Shown: positions 60,349 to 64,000 of the stretch, piece after piece | Numbering within the stretch: the first letter of the stretch is position 1 | How the letters are laid out: each line of letters begins with the position of its first letter | Source: Dudresnaya verticillata | Taxonomy: Eukaryota | DNA: 64,000 nucleotides | Reading direction: 5' to 3' | Assembly: GCA_977862235.1 (NCBI GenBank) | Contig: OZ374558.1 | Coordinates: 930,001 to 994,000, forward strand | Made by a program: the position numbers and the translations under genes | The notes under the pieces: generated by a model | The model's input: the letters and a program-made list of their open reading frames with translations, nothing else | Database searches by the model: none | What the model was told of the DNA's origin: nothing

Positions 60349-60749
60349 CCGACACCAGCACGCTGTAAGACTTGTAATGACGCGTGCGTGTACGCATGTG
60401 CACGGGCTATTGAAAGCGAGGCTCGACCTTATCCGCGGTCACGGAGACGAAGACACCGAACTCGAAGAAACAGGCGTTTACCGAAGACTCCGTGGTCTGG
60501 GCGCTAGTCGCTTACCGGAAACCCTCGGAGGTCGTGCCAGACGACTGGCTAAGTAGTACTACGTGAGCACGAATACAAGTCAACGCGGGAGACGGTTCGT
60601 ACTCGAATGATTCGTAACGGCCTCGGTGCCAACGAACGGTCGTCTCACGTATGGTGGCGGTTACGAATTGCGCCAGCGATGCATACGGAGGTGCACGCGC
60701 GTCGTGGGCCTCGGTACCGTTACGCGCAGGAAACAACGGGAAGATCACG

Positions 60750-60945
60750 AAGGTGTCAGCGATTTCGTATCGGGTGCGCACTGTAATGCGAATGCCATCG
60801 TGGCGCGCGCGATCACGAGGTCAGCTCGGAATTCGTCCGGAGGTTTCAGTGATTTCGTATCGCGTGCGTGCTGTAATGCGAATGCCATCGTGGCGCGCGC
60901 ACAGTATGCGCACTGTAATACGTTTACTATCGTGGCGTGCGCATT
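60750..60945. repeat. Tandem repeat with ~90-bp period (two copies plus a partial)
   Basis: GATTTCGTATCG.GTGCG..CTGTAATGCGAATGCCATCGTGGCGCGCGC at ~60761 and ~60851, degenerate third at ~60908. Confidence 0.85.
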
Positions 60946-61018
60946 CACGGAGGCACTTCGAAATTCGTATTTCTCGATTATTTTCGCGTAGACCACGGAG
61001 TCGTTTTGCGCGCAGCGT

Positions 61019-61460
61019 CTATACCACAGAGTTCTTAGTAGCTCCTGCTCTCATCATGTGTTCGGCTGCTGGTTCTCTGAACCTAAAAACAAATCGGTTG
61101 AGGTCTTGAGTTGACCTCTTTGGGCAGATTGCAACTTTGTTGAAAGAGTCAATAAGTCTTGTTGCCACAGCGATTGGTAGGTCATCTTCTATCAAGTTCA
61201 CTTTGTCGTCCTTCTTGAGGGTGATTGTTCCCTGAGCTTGTACTGCGTCAAATATGCTCTTTTGGGCTTGTTTTAATCCTCTGTCGTAAAGCTGTCGAGC
61301 AAGTGTAGCAAAGACTGTCTTGTACATCTCGTCGGAACCTTTCTTAGCTGTGACTGAGACGAGGTCTACCCATGATGCGGCCTTTTTCTCTATACGAGGA
61401 GTTTTTGATCAGGCTCGAAGATCTGAGTGTTAAGTGGTGATTGCGACATACCGGAACTGG
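61019..61460 (-). pseudogene. Truncated gag of a second Copia family
   Basis: Directly downstream of LTR and PBS; ...LIDSFNKVAIC..STQDLNRFVFRFR resembles the Copia gag homology region. Confidence 0.6.
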
Positions 61461-61463
61461 CTC

Positions 61464-61476
61464 CTGGGCCCATAAC
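61464..61476 (-). promoter_or_regulatory. Primer-binding site of the half-tRNA-iMet type
   Basis: ...TACAACA|GTTATGGGCCCAG on the minus strand. Confidence 0.75.
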
Positions 61477-61780
61477 TGTTGTAGAACGGAGAAGAGAAAC
61501 GCACAGGAGTCAGAGGGGATGTCGCGCGTTTGTAAAATATTGACTTAACAGTAAAGTAGTGTAGGACTGTAAATACGGATACAGCAAAGGGGTTACTACT
61601 AATATTGTTCCAGAGGTGTATACGGGATCGCTCGCTGTTGTATCGCTCGTACTCACAGTGGCTCTCTCGTTCGTAATGTCATTGCGCGCGATAGGCAAGA
61701 ATAGAGGGCACAAAGTCCCCCGGGGGTCGGTTCGCTCCGTACCCGGTTGCCCCTGGATTTGGTTGGCACCGCGCGCGCGG
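61477..61780 (-). repeat. 5' LTR (at least its 3' part) of the second Copia family
   Basis: Ends in CA next to the PBS; second copy at 25414-25717; outer boundary not resolved. Confidence 0.75.
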
Positions 61781-61965
61781 GGGCCTTACTTATTCTCCCC
61801 ATAGTAATGATTTGTCAGTGTACGAGGCCCCTCGAGGGCTTCGTACAAGTAAAACATTAGTGCATTAGTGCATCCGCCCGCCATTACCATCCCTTGCCGC
61901 CAAACCTATTTCTACGCACGCCTAGAAATATTACTAGATCACCGTTTTACACCCAATAGAAAATT

Positions 61966-62036
61966 CAGCAGCAACAGCAGCAGCAGCAGCCACATCATCA
62001 GCAGCATCAGCAGCATCAGCAGCAGCAGCAGCAGCA
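61966..62036. repeat. Interrupted (CAG)n microsatellite
   Basis: CAG run with CAA and CAT interruptions. Confidence 0.95.
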
Positions 62037-63053
62037 AAGCTGCAACCCCATTGGCTGACCGCCAAGCCGTGCCACCCGATTGGCTGAATGCTCCGGCGGT
62101 ACCAAATCAACGCGCGCACGCGCACTCTCATTGGTGCGCTTGGATTTACAGAGGCGCCGCTACGCTACAGCGATACGATCTTACAGTCCCGCCGTGCGCC
62201 TCCATTCTTAATTTATGTGATTAAAACCGCACCTGTGCTGGGGCCTAGAAAGCTACTTTACATAATTAAATTGGTACAGTAGTGCTCATCCGAAGTGAGC
62301 TCTCCGTGATCTCGCTGAGGCCGCGTAAATGGCAAACTACAGGGCCACATCAGCGGCGGCGGGGAACGCTCCCGCACGACTCCTCCCCCCCTCCCTCTAC
62401 GCGAGCGCGCCAGCACGGATGGAAGCCCGGGGCAGGTAAGCTGAGTTGCGGCGAGAGCAGACCCCTTCGCAACGGGTACACATCCTGCCTGATTCCCGTC
62501 GTCGCTACCCCGAGTGGTAGCGGCGCGCCCTGGGGGGCGGGAGGGTTCAACCGGTTATCCGTGGTGGGCGCAGTTCAGAGCGGTGCGAGCGCGAACACGC
62601 GAACCGGCGACGCAGCGACCCGAATCCAGATCCAGCGACGCGAATCCAGATCCAGCGACGCGCGACAAATTGTCTTCAATTTAGTGCATAGGGCATTTAC
62701 ATGTGGTGTAGAGCCTCTTTATGCGCATGAAACGTAATGACAATGCATAGCAAGGGTGTGCATGCGTGTGCACGTCTCGCCGCGTACGATGCTGTGATCC
62801 ATTAAAATCCGGATTCGGGTCATCCGGTCTGGATCACAGGCTGTACGGAATGGATCATCTCGCCGTCGCCGCCGCCGCGTCGAGTCTCTACTTGAGACGA
62901 GAGTGCACCCACCAGGTCGACAGAGCCTCCCGGGTGTGCCTCTCTCTTTTCAAGAGAGTCCCCAGAATCTCTGGCGGTAGGCTTGTTTCAAGAGAGCCAA
63001 ACGAAGACGGCTAGGAGGGTAGCGACCTACCGCGACCCCTTTATATTGTCACG

Positions 63054-63518
63054 ATGGGTTTCTTTGATACCAGTATCGCGGAACTCAGCGCGTTGATCAT
63101 GAAGGCCAAGAAGGTTGCTGCTGGAATGACCCTGGCAGACGCCGAGATTGATCCGACATGGATGACGGCCTATGCCAAGATTGCTCGGCGATGCCGTGAC
63201 GACAAGGACTTCGGACTGAGCCGGTATCCTTATGAGCAAGGCCCCTCGGTGAATGCCTTCAATGGTGGCTTCTTCGAGCACCGAGAGTGGCCCATCCGCA
63301 AGCATATGGAAAAGCATAATAGTCTACGCCCCGTCGCCGAGTACGAGGCGAACTACATCAACGCGTCGGGTTATTGGATGTCCTTCCACGAGGCTGCAAT
63401 ATCGAGTCGGGAAGCTTTGCAAGAGAAGCAGGCCGACGACGCCCTCAAGTTGGACGTGTGGGCTCTCATGTCCATCCGATACGCTCTAAGAGTTGTCGGA
63501 TTGCGGTGCGAGTTCTAA
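63054..63518 (+). CDS. Hypothetical protein, 154 aa
   Basis: ATG-TAA ORF with protein-like composition and many G/C-ending codons; no motif recognised. Confidence 0.4.
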   Translation: MGFFDTSIAELSALIMKAKKVAAGMTLADAEIDPTWMTAYAKIARRCRDDKDFGLSRYPYEQGPSVNAFNGGFFEHREWPIRKHMEKHNSLRPVAEYEANYINASGYWMSFHEAAISSREALQEKQADDALKLDVWALMSIRYALRVVGLRCEF

Positions 63519-64000
63519 AAATTGGCGTCCAAGGACCCAACATATGCCAAACTGGTCATGCCTACTCTGGAAGCAAGAGCTGACATGCCTGCTGCGGATG
63601 ACCTGGTAGAGCCAATGGAGAAACTGTAATCTCACATGGCTACGCAATTGATGAAGGCGGTAGCCGCCCTAAGCGCGAGCAACGCAACAAAGCGTGCCGG
63701 AGGTAGGGGTGGCGCCGCCAAGGACCAGTAGTCGACATTGGTTATCCGCGTCCGCTTTGGAGAAAGACTCAGAAGAGAGCTGAAGCATGGCGCGATCTCG
63801 GTTGCTCGGAATTCCTCTACCGAGCGATCAAGTTCGGCGTGAGCGACTTGCCTGCTCGCCCGTTCATTCCTGGTCAAGGCGAGGAGCTCGGGGATCTTCC
63901 CCAGACCGAAGAGGATCTCCAGTTCGCATTTGCAGACTTGGAGGAAGGCTGCAGGACGGGTATTTACGAGGAGGTCGGCAGGGAGCACGTGGACAAGGCG

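Noticed and set aside
60750..60945. CRISPR-like repeat-spacer pattern (also considered for 24776-24922 and 26810-27000)
   Set aside because: Only 2-3 or degenerate tandem units, no series of unique spacers, no cas genes, eukaryotic TE context
61868..62224. Poly-Ser/poly-Ala ORFs
   Set aside because: Translations of the CAG microsatellite

Overview
Eukaryotic, almost entirely transposon-derived window built from two nested stacks; the host is not identifiable from sequence alone. Stack 1 (~0.8-24 kb): a decayed pogo/Fot1-type DDE transposase is split by (i) a family-A solo-LTR-like unit (1338-8393) that contains a solo LTR (1347-2119) and a second, opposite-facing family-A unit (2328-7775), which in turn contains a tyrosine-recombinase (DIRS/PAT-type) retrotransposon (2535-6980); (ii) a 13.2 kb Ty3/Gypsy element 'C' (9081-22285, minus) with another family-A unit in its gag; and (iii) a solo LTR (22508-23335). 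Stack 2 (~27-59.5 kb): a decayed minus-strand Ty1/Copia element is split by two full-length chromodomain Ty3/Gypsy elements, 'D' (28486-41929) and 'E' (44019-57339), and a family-A unit (58161-59000). The right end has a foldback element, a second Copia 5' fragment with a half-tRNA-iMet-type PBS, and an orphan ORF. Most insertions have readable 5-bp TSDs. Most interesting signal: all three Gypsy elements carry a large antisense gene between pol and the 3' LTR. Its Trp/Tyr-rich core appears homologous across the two divergent families (motifs HRTG, VPx(x)WxE, ExxxxxRM[WY][WY]xxP, VxWxD) and I cannot assign it to a known domain. Element E is also saturated end to end with the palindrome (Y)GGCC(R), which suggests, as inference only, an element-encoded factor plus cis-motif system. 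All counts and identities are by eye.
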